The notes under the pieces were generated by a model that was not told the DNA's origin, searched no databases, and saw only the letters and a list, made by a program, of their open reading frames with translations. From NCBI GenBank assembly GCA_050230475.1, contig JBFLGF010000135.1, positions 1-64,000 on the forward strand: a stretch of 64,000 nt of DNA, written 5' to 3'. This document shows, piece after piece, positions 1-13,250 of this stretch. The first letter of the stretch is position 1. The number at the start of each line of letters is the position of its first letter. This stretch comes from Ancylonema sp. Taxonomy: Eukaryota. The translations under genes were made by a program, and so were the position numbers.

Positions 1-414
1 TGTTACCACGGATGTGATGATTGCCCTCCCCTTGATTCTGTCGGGCCACACGTTGACCAGGCAATAGTTTGACCCACGGACGTTGCGGGTGTGGGGGATG
101 ACGCCACGTGGCAGCACCACGACAAACTCGTCCGACTGAACTCAGCACACGACATCCGGGGGGGGGGGGGGGATGCAAAGCTTGTCAAACTTGGGTGTTG
201 AAGGAGGGGCCAGTTGGGTCAGAACTTGAAGACACTAGTGCAGTCACTCCTGCCCCATTCGATGCTTTGAATTTGGTGATTTCGACTTCAAAGATAGAAA
301 TTGACACAAAAAAAACAAAAAAAAGCACGAAACAAATGCAAAACAAAACCAAAAAAACAAGAATAAAAAAAATAAAAAAATAGTGAACTCCTCCAGTGCT
401 CCCCTTTCTCTCAC

Positions 415-3400
415 CGCGTATGTCTCTGCCAGCTGTCGGTGCAGATCCTCCACGGTACTGCCAGGTATCAGCTCCACGTAGATGGTGGACTGCATGCCCC
501 GGCTCTGCAACCAACCAGAAGGGATACACACACGTGTGAGCAGCAGAGGGGTATCAGACCCCCCTAGATCACAGTACTATCTCACACAGAAGTTATCCTT
601 CTTCCTACATTACCTCACAACAAAGATCTGAAAGACTAACCCCAAGTTCCTGACTGCATTTTTTTATTTAATTTTTCCCTGACTAAGTATTTTTGCAATC
701 CTGTGTGGGGCTGACAGGGGGATTGGGTTGGCGAGTGGGGTGGTGGGTGAGGGGTGGGGGGATGGGAGGGGGTCGGTTGTTTACCATTGGGATCAGATGC
801 GGAGTGAAGCTGACGGTCACTTTCTCGCCAGCAAATTCTGACAGACCCTGTTCGATCTCGGGGACTGCACAAGGAGGGGGAGGGGGCGGCAGAAAGGAAA
901 AAATGCATGTCAGAAGTTTGTCAGAAATCAATGGGACCAAAAGTGTAGATTCCAACATGTATTCTGATCATCCCCCTCTCCCCCCCCCCCCTTGTCTTGG
1001 TTTCACACAATACTAGTTCAAATTTTGCCCCCCTCCCCTGTTCCCCAACCTCTTGTTGTTAGTGCTGCCAGGAAGTCTTTCTACCGATTCATGGGGTTTA
1101 GGTTCAGGTAGGGGTGAGACTTTCAGGTTTTGAGTTTTGGGTTTTGGGTTTTGTTTTACCGTGTCTGTGGTTCGTGATCCCGTAGCTGTTCATGCCCTCG
1201 GCCACTTCGGTGTACAGAAACGCCTCCTTGGCTCCGCGACCTGCACACAGAAGGGCTCACATGGGCTCAGATGGGCTCATGTCCAGACCAGTTTTGGAGG
1301 GACGGATAGCAGCTGAAGCCTGTGACTTGTACAGTGACAGAGATGAAGCGGTTCAAGAGGGGGGGGGGGGGGGGGAAACAACTCGATATAATAGCGAAGA
1401 GGAGTCATACTTGATCGGACATATACACACATGTATACCTCTGGCATCGGATTCATTCTAGGAAACACGGCGTCTACCAGAGCCCAACTTCTTGATTGCG
1501 TTGCCGTTTGTTGTTCGTTTCACAACAGAAGAAAATCGAATGCCGTTTTCACACAAGCAACAAAGTTTCTAAACCACTTTCAAGTCCGCATGCTTCACCT
1601 GCCCCACTGACGCCTGACTTGGCGTCAATGATGATGTTGTGAGGGGTGATGAGTTTGGACTGGAAAAAGAAGACAAGGAGGCAGAGGGGAGAGAGAGCCA
1701 GAGACATCAGAGGGGAAGTACAGAGGGAGGATAGCACAGGGTCGGAGATGATAGGTCTGAATATTTAAAATACATATGTTGATCGTACACGTATGCTGAA
1801 TCTCATGTAGGGAGCGGATCCGATGGGCACTGATTGTCTGTGAGCTTCAGAATGTGAACTGAAATGATCATGACCATTCTTTACCACTTTGCTGCTCTGC
1901 AGTTTTGCAAGTCGCCATTCTTTTTTTTCTTTTTTTCGCGCCATTTTTTATCCAATTGCGCTTTCGAGGAACCCTCATACCTAGACCCTAAAACTTAAAA
2001 TTTTGGAACCTCAATCTACGATTCCGCCCAGCATGTAGCACAAAGCATATCCTATTCTCAGTCCCCTAGAGTCCCAAAAAAGTACCAAAACCAGTTCTCG
2101 GTCCCAGAGGGTTCACAAAGAACGAATACAGAACAAACTCGCAACTTCCTTTTACGCCGCATCAAGAGAAACAGAAGTATCCCTTCGTTGCTTCCCTCAT
2201 CCTCCATATCCCCAGGAGTCCCCCTCCACTGTGCCTCCCCTGTGGTTTCCCTGTGCCTTCCCTGTGGTTTCCCTGGGGTTTTCCCTGGGGTTTCCCTGGG
2301 GTTTCACTAGGGTTCCCCAGTGGTTCCCCAGAGGTTCTCACCTGTAGTAGGGGGATGAGGGGCAGCTGCACTGTAGTGGGGTAGCAACCAGGGTTGGCCA
2401 CCTGACAGCACGAGAGGGCGACACGTGAAGTGAGGAGGCCAGGGAGGTGGTACAGGCACAAAAAGTTGAAACAGATCTCAAGTCGACCAGAGATGAGAGA
2501 AAAATAAAATAAAAAAAGATGAGAGGAGAGGAGACATGAAAAGAGAAGAGAAACAGGGCGGGGGTGACAGGGGTACTCACCAGCTTAGCATACTTCACTT
2601 CTTCCCTGTAAATCTCTGTCAGGCCGTACACAGCCTCCTCCTGAACCCCGAAAACCCCAAAACAGGATCCACGTCAAAACTTCCACAGCCACCTGAGATC
2701 CGTTTCCCATCTTCCAACCAGATACCCGTACCCGCTGCCCCAGGGAAGGCCCAGGGCATGCCCCAGGGCGGCTGTGCCCAGGGTATTTTGTACCTGCAGT
2801 TTGACTGCCCTGTGCTCGCCGTGGTACCACTCCTCGTACTCTTTCGGGTTGCGGAGACGGAAATCCTGGGGAGAGAAAGGGGGTGGGGGGCGGTTGCGGG
2901 GCGGTGGGGTTGGGGGTTGGAGGACTTCTTTTTATTTTTATTCATAACTTTTTGACGTATTATTTTACGTGGGTTTTCAATCAGAGAGGCGTTACCTGCT
3001 CCGACAGGATGGTGAGGGATAGGAATGTGGGAGGGAGATGACTTCGGATGGGTCTTGGATACAGCGAGAGATGCATATGGAGATGGGTGCGGAGGCTACA
3101 AGGGATAAAGATGAAAGGAGGGGGGAAGTTTCCAGGAACTTACCGCGGACAGGTCCACCACTTTGAGATCCTGTGGGAGGGCGGCGATGATTTCCTGCAC
3201 GTCAGAGAAATAAGAAAAACCGACCCGCGTCAGAGATAATCCGACACGCGTCGCACAAGAAAGAGAATGCGGTTCACAAGAAACTTCTCTGGGAAGATTC
3301 TGGTCGGTAAACCCAAAATTTACATTCCTTTTACAACAAAACCTGTGTGTAAAACATCTCCTTGTGTGCATGTCAACCCAGTGTCCTCTCTGCAAGTCAA

Positions 3401-4743
3401 TTGTGCACTTCACTCTTACTGATGACATGTTTTTATTGTTTTCACACAACTATTCTATCAGAGATGCAGAAGGGAAGAAAGGGTGACGCAAGTTGAGATA
3501 CCCGGACCTCCAGATTCACATCCAGGTTCGGACTCACATAAAGACCCAGGTTATGGTTCAGGTTCATATCCAGATTCAGGTTTGAGGTTTAAGGTTCCTG
3601 TTCTCACTTGCGTGGTTCCATGAGGCAGGCAGCAGAACACGGCATCCACGGTGGAGAAGTCTGCGTCTTTCACAGCAATCATGTCTGGAAGGGACTGAGG
3701 GCGCCGATTCCCAAAACCCAACAACACTTATGGGGCCACATACACGTGGAGATTTTCTTTTGTTTCAATCCCCTTCGTCATCCTAAATGATTTATCCCTT
3801 CCTAACCCCGTACTTGGGTTTTGAGGGTTGAGGCCTTTGAGGTATGAGGCCACAGGGTAGGTTTCAGATGGACAATGGATTAAAATAATGTGTCCAACTT
3901 CATTATTTGCCATATCCCGTATCCGTATCGGAACCGAATCACTGATTTCCTTTGTACATTTCACTCATTTCATACCGCCAGCTTCCTCCTGAATCGATGT
4001 TAGGATTCATATAAATTTCAGAACTCCCACCCCATTTGCTCTCCCATTTGTATTATGTGTGTATGCTGCATCTGCTTCTCAAAAAGAATCCACGCACACT
4101 TCACACGTTAAACTTTTTTCAGCCGCCTACAGTGCAGCTAGTGCTTCTCTGTACCTGGGCTATGAGGTGAGGGAAGACAGAGGCGAGGGGCTGCCCGGCT
4201 TTTCGGTCAGCCGTCATAAGCTTCACGTTGAAATGGGGGTGGGTGGCGAGGAGGCGAACAATCTGACAAACCAAACGTAATACCCAGGAGAAACGTCAGG
4301 TTCCAGCAACAGCATAGACAAATCCAGACCAGATATCAGATTCCGTCTTCTTGTCATAGACGTACCGAAATAGGTCCCAAGTTTTCAGCAAGGCTGGGAA
4401 GAAAAAAAGAAGGGGGGGTGAGGAGGGGAGGTGGGGGTGGGGGTGGAGTTATCTCTAAGCTTCCACCAACTCTTGGAGCTGCCAACCTGACCTAGAACGG
4501 AGTTGGCTGTTGAGTTCTCCTGGTGCCACGTGGCAGGCTCACCTCTGCTCCCGTGTACCCACTGGCGCCCAGCACTCCGATGTTGACTTGTTCGCCTGGC
4601 TGGAGGACAGCTGGCGCTGACTTAGCAGGGGCGGCGGCCACCGCCATGGTGACGCCTGTCGCCTGACGTGTGCGAGTGACAGGTGGCAAGCTGATTGAGG
4701 TGGAACCAGTGGCGAAAGGGGAGGAGTGGGATCCACCAGTGAT
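415..4743 (-). CDS. argC: N-acetyl-gamma-glutamyl-phosphate reductase (arginine biosynthesis, probably plastid-targeted); 3' exons lie beyond the left edge and the start exon is uncertain
   Basis: Phase-consistent GT-AG exons: 4543-4743, 4155-4262, 3608-3694, 3144-3194, 2794-2865, 2581-2640, 2342-2401, 1599-1659, 1160-1240, 785-864, 415-504. Motifs GVLGASGYTGAE, FCCLPHGTTQ, VVDLSADFRL, VANPGCYPT (catalytic Cys), DAKSGVSGAGR, HRHVPEIEQ, FTPHLIPMSRGM. The Ser/Thr/Ala-rich N-terminus resembles a transit peptide. Confidence 0.96.
2235..2335. repeat. Degenerate ~10-bp tandem repeat (GGTTTCCCTG-like) in an argC intron
   Basis: Repeated ggtttccctg/ggttttccctgg units read directly. Confidence 0.7.
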
Positions 4744-6015
4744 CTACAGGCACAACAGAAGCAGGAGGCGAATATAAGATGAGAAGTACATGAAAGAATT
4801 TCGCACACAGGACTTTCAATGCGCTTGATAGCTGAAAAGAGAAAGAAAATTGAAAACATGACAAGTGAAGAGGGGGGAGGGGGAAAACGAAAATGATTTT
4901 ATTTTTTTGAGATTGGATCGTTCACATCAGGGGGATGTAAGTAACGTGGGTACGTCCGGTGATGCAATCATTCCGGTTACGTAACCTTTGTTCTTTCGCA
5001 TCTGTTGCCGATGCCATATGCCGTAGTTCTCTTTAAATCACCAGTCTATAAGAAACAGCTGGCCTGATCTTCCACATAGTAAGCACCGCACTTGAACCCC
5101 GATGTACGGAACTTCGGTAGTCCGAGGTTAACGAGGACCCGAGAATTCCACTGGGAATCCTGGGAACCTCCATTGATTCACGCTGAATGCGACTAGTATC
5201 ACCTTGCGGTGAATTCTTAGGGTCCCCTCAGCGTGAAAGTTGTGGGCCAACCAAATATTTTTAATTTCAATTTCAACATATTTGATTGGCCCCGTTCAAA
5301 TCACTGCAGGGGTTACCTCCAGCGAGTAGAGAAGAATAAGACAGCGATGAAGGCCCTACCGCGCAGAAACATGTCAATGCAATGCAACATTAGACTTGAC
5401 GAATTGACACTTCTTATCATCTAACGTCGTTCTGCTTGGTCGTGATCATGACAAGCCACGTCATCCGCTGTTGGACAATCACGGACCCCTACGAATTCTT
5501 CTAGACTTTCAGTACCTTGCAGGTGGAGTTCGCAGAGTGGGTCGGTCGGACGATTATGCTGCTCGACATGGCGACCATCTTCTACTGCCTCAGATTAAAG
5601 GTGAAAGCTTTTTTATAAAGTCCAGATTAGGCGCATGCCAGGAATTGATCTCTCCAACTCTCTCGCGTGATTTCTTTGCAATTCACTGACAAGAAGCTAG
5701 AAGATCTTCCTCCTTGCCGATACAGTGGAGTCATGCGGCGCTGTTGCCGCACGGTGATTCGCTGCTGACGACATGGCTCGTGCATCGTTCTGTCCAATCA
5801 GTGCGGTACATTCTGCCAGCTAGGACGAGTTCAGTCACGTGTAACGCCGACATCCTGGGTCGTCGATTTGCGTCGGATACCAAGTTTTGAACGTTGGCAC
5901 GCGGCGCCGCAATGCTGAGTCGGAAATTCTGACTCCAGTCACTCGACTGCCCAAATCGCTGAATCACCGAAGATTCAGACAGTTCCCTCTCTTCTCTTTG
6001 CAGACTTATGTCTTC

Positions 6016-8113
6016 ATGCAGACTTCCGAAGTCCACACTGAGGGGAATCCTGTGCCATCTCAAGCCTCTTTGAAGAAGAAGCAACTGAAGCCGACGCTGG
6101 AGGGAAAAGCGTCTCGTATCCAGCAAAAACTGCCAAAAATAGACGGAAGAAAGAAAAGGGAAGGTTGAAAACACAGAGGGGCGCTGACAAGGGGAGGTGA
6201 GAAGATTCGTTCCTTCCGGAACCTGAATTATGGAAAGAAATCACTTCGGAATAGGAGAATACATGTAAGACCTGTCGGCATATTGTGATAAAAGCAAAAA
6301 ACAATTAGTCTTACCGTCCCTCAACACTAAAGAGAGGTGACCTGCATCTGCATCACTAGTATCCTCTCGATAACATGCCACGAAAACAGCCGAGATGGTC
6401 GTTGTCAAGTGACTTGGTATTGTTAGCGGCACCTACATTGACTTTATGTTATAATATGTTTACATACTGCCTCTCTCACACTGCTGCTGGTGCTGCTGTG
6501 TCATTTCGTCACGTTTTATCCTCTACTACATCCTAGTTGTTAATCCAGCCATGAGTTGTGAGTCTCGATGATCACGTCGCTTTCGTCTGTGTGAAATGGA
6601 ATGTTGTAACTTCAGTCGCCTGCGCTACTCTCTACCAGTGATTGGCCACATCATGTGGCCATATCATCGTTCTGTTGTTTTTCTTCCTCGAATTGAGGTA
6701 CAGCGATGGGCATCTGCGAGATGCAGACAAAGGTGGAGGTTCCGTTGATGAAAGCGAGCCTACGTCTCAAGAAAAGGTCGAGGAGTCAAATTCTCAAAGA
6801 CGACAAATCTTGGCAGGTCTGTTGCAAGGGTACCCATCTCACCGTCTGTGTTGTGATTCTGAGTGTCATTTTTCGTTCCAGTTCTTTACATTCGAAGTCT
6901 CGCCGGGACAGGGAGAGGGAGAAGTCGGGGGAGAGGGAGAGGGAGGATCTGTAGTAAAAAGACATGAATCAGTACTCATTTAGGAGGCCTTCTGTTTGCA
7001 GAAGAAGACGAGCAGCTCCGGTCTATCCCCCCTGCCTCATCCGGCCAAGGCATTTCGTCACGAATACCGATATACTGGATGAAATGCCCATTGCGACTTC
7101 AAGCCTCTCGCGATGGAGCACAAGTCAACTGGAAGTGTGGAAAGTGTCATAATGCACGGTACTGCTCAAAAGACTGTCAGGTGACGCATCGGCCGGTGCA
7201 CAAATTGAGATGTCGCGACTTGTTGAGGGTCAGAATGGTTAAGAAAAAAAGCCAGTCCACCTCAGGGTCTTTTGAGGAATGGGGTGAGGAAGAAACGGCC
7301 TTGCTTGATGGCATGATCACTGAACGGGAGAATGCGGCGGGTTTGCTTGATGAATTTCTGCATGACAAAGTTCTGGGAAACCTCTCTGCGGAGAGGAAGG
7401 TGGAATTGGCAGAAGTGGAAGCAAAAGCTTTAAAAAGAATGGACGAGCTCGCAAAGGACATTCAGGAGCAAGAGGCACTTGTGAGAGAAGTGGACTTGCG
7501 CATGTTGGCATCTGGGTCAATTGAATTCTTCAAGGCAGCGGTCAATGCAGTCATACGGACGGAGGAGAGGTTTCTAGCAATGCTCACTGACAGGAATAGG
7601 GTACGTTTATTTGTGGTGAGCAAGTTGTTATATGGATTGCATAGAGAGAAAGGAGCTATTTCTATGGAGTTTGAGTCAACCGCTTTTGTAGAAAAGGCCA
7701 TAGAGTGGATGGGACAAAGAAGAGAGGCATACAAATTAAGGCTAGAGGACTCGGATCCTGACATAAAAGAGCCTCTATGGTAGTGGGAGAGCCTCTATGG
7801 TATATTGCCTTCACTCTTCCTAGGGGAGCGGATGGAGGGGTTGAAGTTGAGCTACTTGACTCTTTCAGAAGCGAAGTCCAAAGTGAAGGCCATGGAGACA
7901 ACTCTATCGTCGCTCAAGATTCCTTCGCAAGCTTACACAATTGTGCGCATGGATATGGTCCACTTGGAGTATTATTTGAGGGACATCGAAGAGTATGATG
8001 AGCAACAGTGTGCACTCATCCGTATTTCGGGAGTGGTGAGAGAAATGAGTAGTGATTGTGACGTGCCGTACTGTGCGTCCATTTGTTTTAAGTACTTTGG
8101 ACCACGTGAGTGA
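6016..8113 (+). pseudogene. MYND zinc-finger protein, copy A, frameshifted
   Basis: Exon about 6016-6196 encodes MQTSEV... and, after a frameshift near 6060, AKNRRKKEKGRLK. The main exon from about 7002 carries CGKCHNARYCSKDCQVTHRPVHKLRC (MYND). A duplication of AGAGCCTCTATGGTA at about 7768-7802 creates a TAG and shifts frame into ORF 7805-8113. Middle exon uncertain. Confidence 0.75.
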
Positions 8114-8672
8114 AGGACTTCGTGGTGATCATAAACTCTTGTTTGTGTGTCGGAATGGATAAGGTACCGACGTGTTGTAGAGGGGTTTACGGGTTGAGTT
8201 CTCGAACTACACCACCTTGCGGATAAGATGAGTCGGGCAAAGAATGGTGGGCCGATGGTCACAATGTTTGGGTGTGTTACGAGTTTATATTAAGATGAGA
8301 TTTCCCTCTATATTCGTACCCTTCATTTTTTTTCAAATCAACGGATTGGTGTTGTTGTGCACTAGCCATAGGTAGAGTATGGTTTTAATAAAAAACTCAT
8401 GGACAAGCATGGCCTGTTCACTTAACTGTTGTGGGTTTCATCGTTAACACAATCATTCTCAGCGGGAGTATGGTTGAGAGAAGCATCATGCACTTGACGC
8501 AAATGCACCACGTTGTTAGGCAAACCTTTTTTGCCTCAGGGGATGCTGGCAATGCCAACACGACATACTACATCGCTGTTTTTCCGAATCACAGGCAGAT
8601 ACTCACTACTTAATGGCCAAGATGCCTTGATTACTTTGTATTGAGTAATTCGTGCATCATCTCGCCACTTAG

Positions 8673-8875
8673 TGTTAGTTTTTAGGGGCTGTGAACTGTT
8701 GTTGATATATCGATTTGTCCGATCCGTACGCTGTAGTTTGAGTTTTGGTCGTTACTTAGCAAATGGCTACCGAACTTGGAAGTAATGATTGTGTCGGCAA
8801 GCTCTGGCCAGTCAGCATAAGTGTCGATAAGATTTAGTCGATGTGGCATAATGTTTAGCTGTGATTGGTGTTGAT
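8673..8875 (+). mobile_element. Truncated LTR fragment of the copia B/C family
   Basis: Starts TGTTAGTTTTTAGGGGCTGTGAAC, the same as the B/E LTR starts, and the rest matches the reverse complement of about 29980-30105. Confidence 0.8.
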
Positions 8876-8886
8876 TGGTCGCAGAT

Positions 8887-8943
8887 GCGCGCCGGCTCGG
8901 AGCCGGGCTCGCAAATGCCGCGAACGGAGCGGGACCCACTATG
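8887..8943. mobile_element. Orphan hAT-like terminal sequence; inverted copy at 18378-18433
   Basis: Ends GGGACCCACTATG and is the near reverse complement of CATAGTGGGTCCCGCTCCGCTCGCGG... at 18378. Confidence 0.55.
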
Positions 8944-10165
8944 ATGTCGATTACACTCGACTTGTACGCAAGATTATGTAATCATGTCATGACGCTAGAG
9001 ATCGCCAAGGCAGAAACCCCTCTAGATTTATCAGAAACCCCTGTGGATTTATACGTCTCTACTGTTTGTTGGGTGCAACTATGATAACGTATCAAAGATC
9101 GTCGTTATTTGAAGGTATTGGTTTTATCGAGCATCGTTATACCAACAAAAGACAACATAACTTAAGGTTTGAATCGAATTTTATGTTCGGAGGTTGAGTC
9201 TTTTTTTGACGAAACGATGTAAAAAGGTTTAATGAGGATGGGTGGGGATAAAACTCGGTTTATTAGGTTTGGGGTAGGATATTCCGGGTAGCACCATAGT
9301 ACTTACAAGTAAAAAATAGTTAAAAAAACATATTTTCAGAATTAACCCGGAAGCAAAACCCGGGTTCCCGCCATACTATTCGTGAGTGGTGGTAATCCGG
9401 AAAATAATAACATGATACGAAAATAACCCGATTTATACCCTTATTGACCCTAGCCTGTCGCAATATAACTTGTTTTACCCACAATACGGTGTCCCGTCCT
9501 TCATAGCTCCGGAAAACCCTAAACTACCCTAACTTCACTTCACTTTTCCCCTTCTAAACATGACTACTTTTGTTGTTCGGCGAGTACGGGCGGCTGGGCC
9601 GGGTGGGTTATTAGCCCCCTTTCGGTCAGTTTTTTTCCCTATCCTACCCTAGGATAGGTTTGGGTAGGTCACGATTGGGCCGTAGAGTGTAAACTCTACA
9701 CTCATGCCCTTTGGCACGTGCACAAACATGTGAATACACCTAAGCATTAATAAATTCCTTGGGAACAACCACATGATCACCAAACAAGCACGCATTTATA
9801 CCACTATAATCATTTGACCAGACGAACATATTTGGGAGACTAGAGTGGGTCGATAATATATACTTGTGCATTGTATTTCTAGTTTTCATTGATTATGTAC
9901 AAACAACAACCCCTTGTAGCTTCAAAACTTGAAAGTATGTTTCAAGTTTCGATCGACTTTCTCACAACTTTCTCACAGCGCAATGTCCCCGTCGGGGTCT
10001 CATTCAAAACAAGTTGCCAATTGCAAGTCAATCACTACATATCAAAGCAAACAAGCAACTCATACGGTTTGTGCATCAAACTCTATGGAATCTCGAATGA
10101 TGCCACACATTAAAATCGAGGACACTAAATAGCAAGGACACTACACAAGCAGTGAGGCCCAATTT

Positions 10166-12529
10166 TCAAACCGCAGATGCAGGACGACAACGCAAAACTC
10201 TTGAGATCAAAAACGGTCGGCTAAGGTCATCTCTGAAGTCTTCAATTGTGAGGGACACATGGAGAACGAGACTACGGCGCTCATCACACCTTGCAAGTGC
10301 TACTAAAAGTTGCATCATGCTATTTGATTCCGTATGTGCCTCTTCATAAGCAGTTAAAGACGACCGAGTGTGGGAGGGACTCCACACTCTCGTGGCTTCC
10401 ATTTTGGATTTTACTTGTGAACGTGTCAAGAAAGTCAATTCTTTCAAACCCTCCATTTTCTCGCCCAAAAAGAGAAGTGACAACATTCCAGACGCATGTT
10501 GTAATGCCCCACACTCAACTCCCATGTTCTCCCTGCCCTCCTTGAACACCCTCCTATTTTTCCACAACCACTTATCAGCACGCTCCAAGGCAGCTAGTGA
10601 CTCGAATTCCATTGAAATTGCTCCTTTCTGTTTTTGGAGCCCATCGATGATGACGAGTCTCTCCATGCTCACCTCCGCAAGTCTTGTGAGAAATTTATCA
10701 GCCGTGTGTCCAACCACACCAAGAGTATTCACTGCTCTTTTAATCTCCTCTAAATGTGTTTTCTGTCCGAGTATAGTCACCATCAACTCCTTACAACTGA
10801 GCATTTCATTGTCTAACCACTTCAAACGCCCCCAAGTTTCCGCTTCTTTTCGACCGATTTCGAGCTCCGTCTCTGCGGACACATTGCTAGCAGCCCTCTT
10901 TTGAGCGATTTCATCAAGAACGTCCACCTCCTTCCACCGAACGTGTTCGATGTCATGTAGGAGAACCCGTGTTTTCTCAAACGTATTCTCTTTCTGGGTG
11001 CTCTGCTCTTGAAGAGATCTCTGAGCATCGACAAAACAAAGAAACTTGTGCTTGTCCCAATGTGCTTTCTGGCAACTCTTTCAACAGTACCGCACGAGGC
11101 GGCAACCTCCGCACCTCACTTGAGCATGTTGCCCATTTTCGGAGCATGTAGTTAGCCAATTGCTACACTTGGGGTTGCCGCATTCGTACTCCACACGTGA
11201 TGTTTTCGCCACATCTCCCCTCATGTTGCCCTCTTGGGTGGACATGGCAGAGACGGACAGCTTGTCCTCTTCAACGGAACTGCACAAAATGTATCATACA
11301 ATAATGGAAAATGCTTTAACCAAACATGATACTGGTCAACTCTTTCTTCAAATCGAATTTCTCTTTTCACCTCGATCAATCATACAAAAGAGCACGTCTT
11401 CATAATCGGCACCGTCTCATAATAAAACATGATACGGGAGAAAGCTGAAGTTGGGTGTCATGGCACGTCCTTGTACTACCTCACAAGGGCTTCGTTTCTT
11501 ACACCGTTTGAACTCTGCATTTCGTTGTCTCAAAGCTGGCTGGCAATTCACATGCTATCCAACCGTTTCGTGATGTCAAGCTTCAACAATGATTCGACAA
11601 AGCACCAACATTCTCGATACAAACACTGTCGCATCACATACCACGGGTCCTCTAGAGTCTTTTGATCAGATATACAATCATGAACATGGATTTGTACAAG
11701 GAGTCAGTTTAGGCTTTCAGAATGCGAAGGAGAAATTGCAGAATACCTGTCTTGGATTCATTTCTTCACGATAGTCTTCACAATCTTCTCCGGTTGCTCT
11801 TCTGATTCCGCTTTCAGAGTCGTTTCCATATTACCGCCTCTCCCATCATCTGGGGCACTTTCTTGCAATGCCTCTTCACATCTTTTACACAATCGGGGGG
11901 GGGGGGGGGGGGGAACAAATCAAGACCAGATAGAGTACTGCCTGCAAATTTTATGACTGAAGCTACAGGACAGCAGGCATCATATCACAAGATTTGAGGC
12001 GAACAGCAGCAACAGGGTTCCTATCTTCTCATCAGAACCTCTATGAAACATTTTTGCTGAATATCCTCATGACCTTATTCGTGTCTGTTGAAATTAGATT
12101 GCTAGAAAGGTTATGTACAGACGAATCGTATTGATCTATCGTTATTTTTGTTATAGGAAGACTGAAGTATTTCAGACGCGTGTCACTTTGCTAAGAATGT
12201 CGTTAAACAAGATGTCCTGAATTACAAAACAGGTCCCAAAATATATATTCCTGTACCAGAAATCTATCCCTACTATGGCTGTATGGCCCAGTACAGTGAT
12301 CCATTTCAGCGTCTCAAACCAAAGGACACAGGAGCACAGCCCACCTCCCAGACGCATTCTGTGCTTTTAGCCTTCGTTTTTCTTTCTTCCGCCTGTTCTT
12401 GGCGGCTCTCATTGAATCCGAGACTCCCTGCTCTCCGTCGCCGGGATCCGCTTCAGATATTTTTGCTTCTTCAAGAAACTTCATAGGTAGGACAGGTTCT
12501 TCCTCTGTGCGGAATTCATTATTTTGCAT
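10166..12529 (-). pseudogene. MYND zinc-finger protein, copy B, with an in-frame TGA inside the finger
   Basis: Exon 12345-12529 encodes MQNNEF...AKNRRKKEKRRLK. The main exon (about 10166-11280) reads CGNPKC...CGGCRLVRYC*KSCQKAHWDKHKFLC and continues in frame into ORF 10166-10927. Shares KGAISMEFES and LFLGE(K/R)MEGLK with copy A. Confidence 0.75.
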
Positions 12530-13089
12530 GTGGACAGGCAACGGGCAACGCCCTCAAGACATCATGGATGTAAGTTGAAAAATCAAATCATCCGCGATGT
12601 TACTCCATCAATCGGAGCTCGTCCCCAGAAAGTCCACATCATTTTGACACGTGGTGTTAGTTTTCTGAGTACATCGATTGAGAGGGACTTGCTGCAAAAC
12701 GATACCACAAATCCGCCTCCGCGCACTGCACGCAGAAACATGAGGATTCAGAGGAGTGATAGCATGAAAGTGAAGACGTGACAGGAGGTAAACGAGAGCA
12801 GCACAAACGTTTTAGCGAAACAGGCAGAGTGACGCAGTGACGCAGTAGCTGCTAACGTGGCGCGCCCAGAAGAATCAGGCCGCTCCCAGACTTGGCGATT
12901 GCAGCCAACAGCCCAGATCGGCGTCCGCAGCCCAAGCTGCAATTCCGGAGAACCCAGCCAGTAGGCTCCCAGCAGCCCGCAGCCCAGCTCGTAGGCCGCA
13001 TCTCCATTCGCAGCCCAGAGGTCACCTCCCGCAGTCCGCAGCTCGGAGCCATAAGCTGGCTTCGGGCCAATTCCATGGCTGGTCGTATA

Positions 13090-13250
13090 CAGTGCTCCCT
13101 CGATATAAGGACAAAAAAACAAAATAAATTAACTGTCCTTATTATCGAGGTGTCCTTAAAAACTGTCCATATACACTTCATAAGGACATTTTCTACTAGA
13201 ATTTGAAATGTGGCTTTTTGTATCGAGGCCCTCGATTCGAGGGACTTCGC
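13090..13250. mobile_element. Possible Tc1/mariner (pogo-like) MITE remnant
   Basis: TA followed by CAGTGCTCCCTCGATATAAGGAC, an internal GTCCTTATTATCGAGG and a degenerate TCGAGGG right end. Confidence 0.35.

Noticed and set aside
11081..11083. In-frame TGA in the MYND finger (YC*KSC) as selenocysteine
   Set aside because: It aligns with Ser (TCA) in paralogue A, not with a Cys. A single C-to-G nonsense change is simpler, and no SECIS was recognised.
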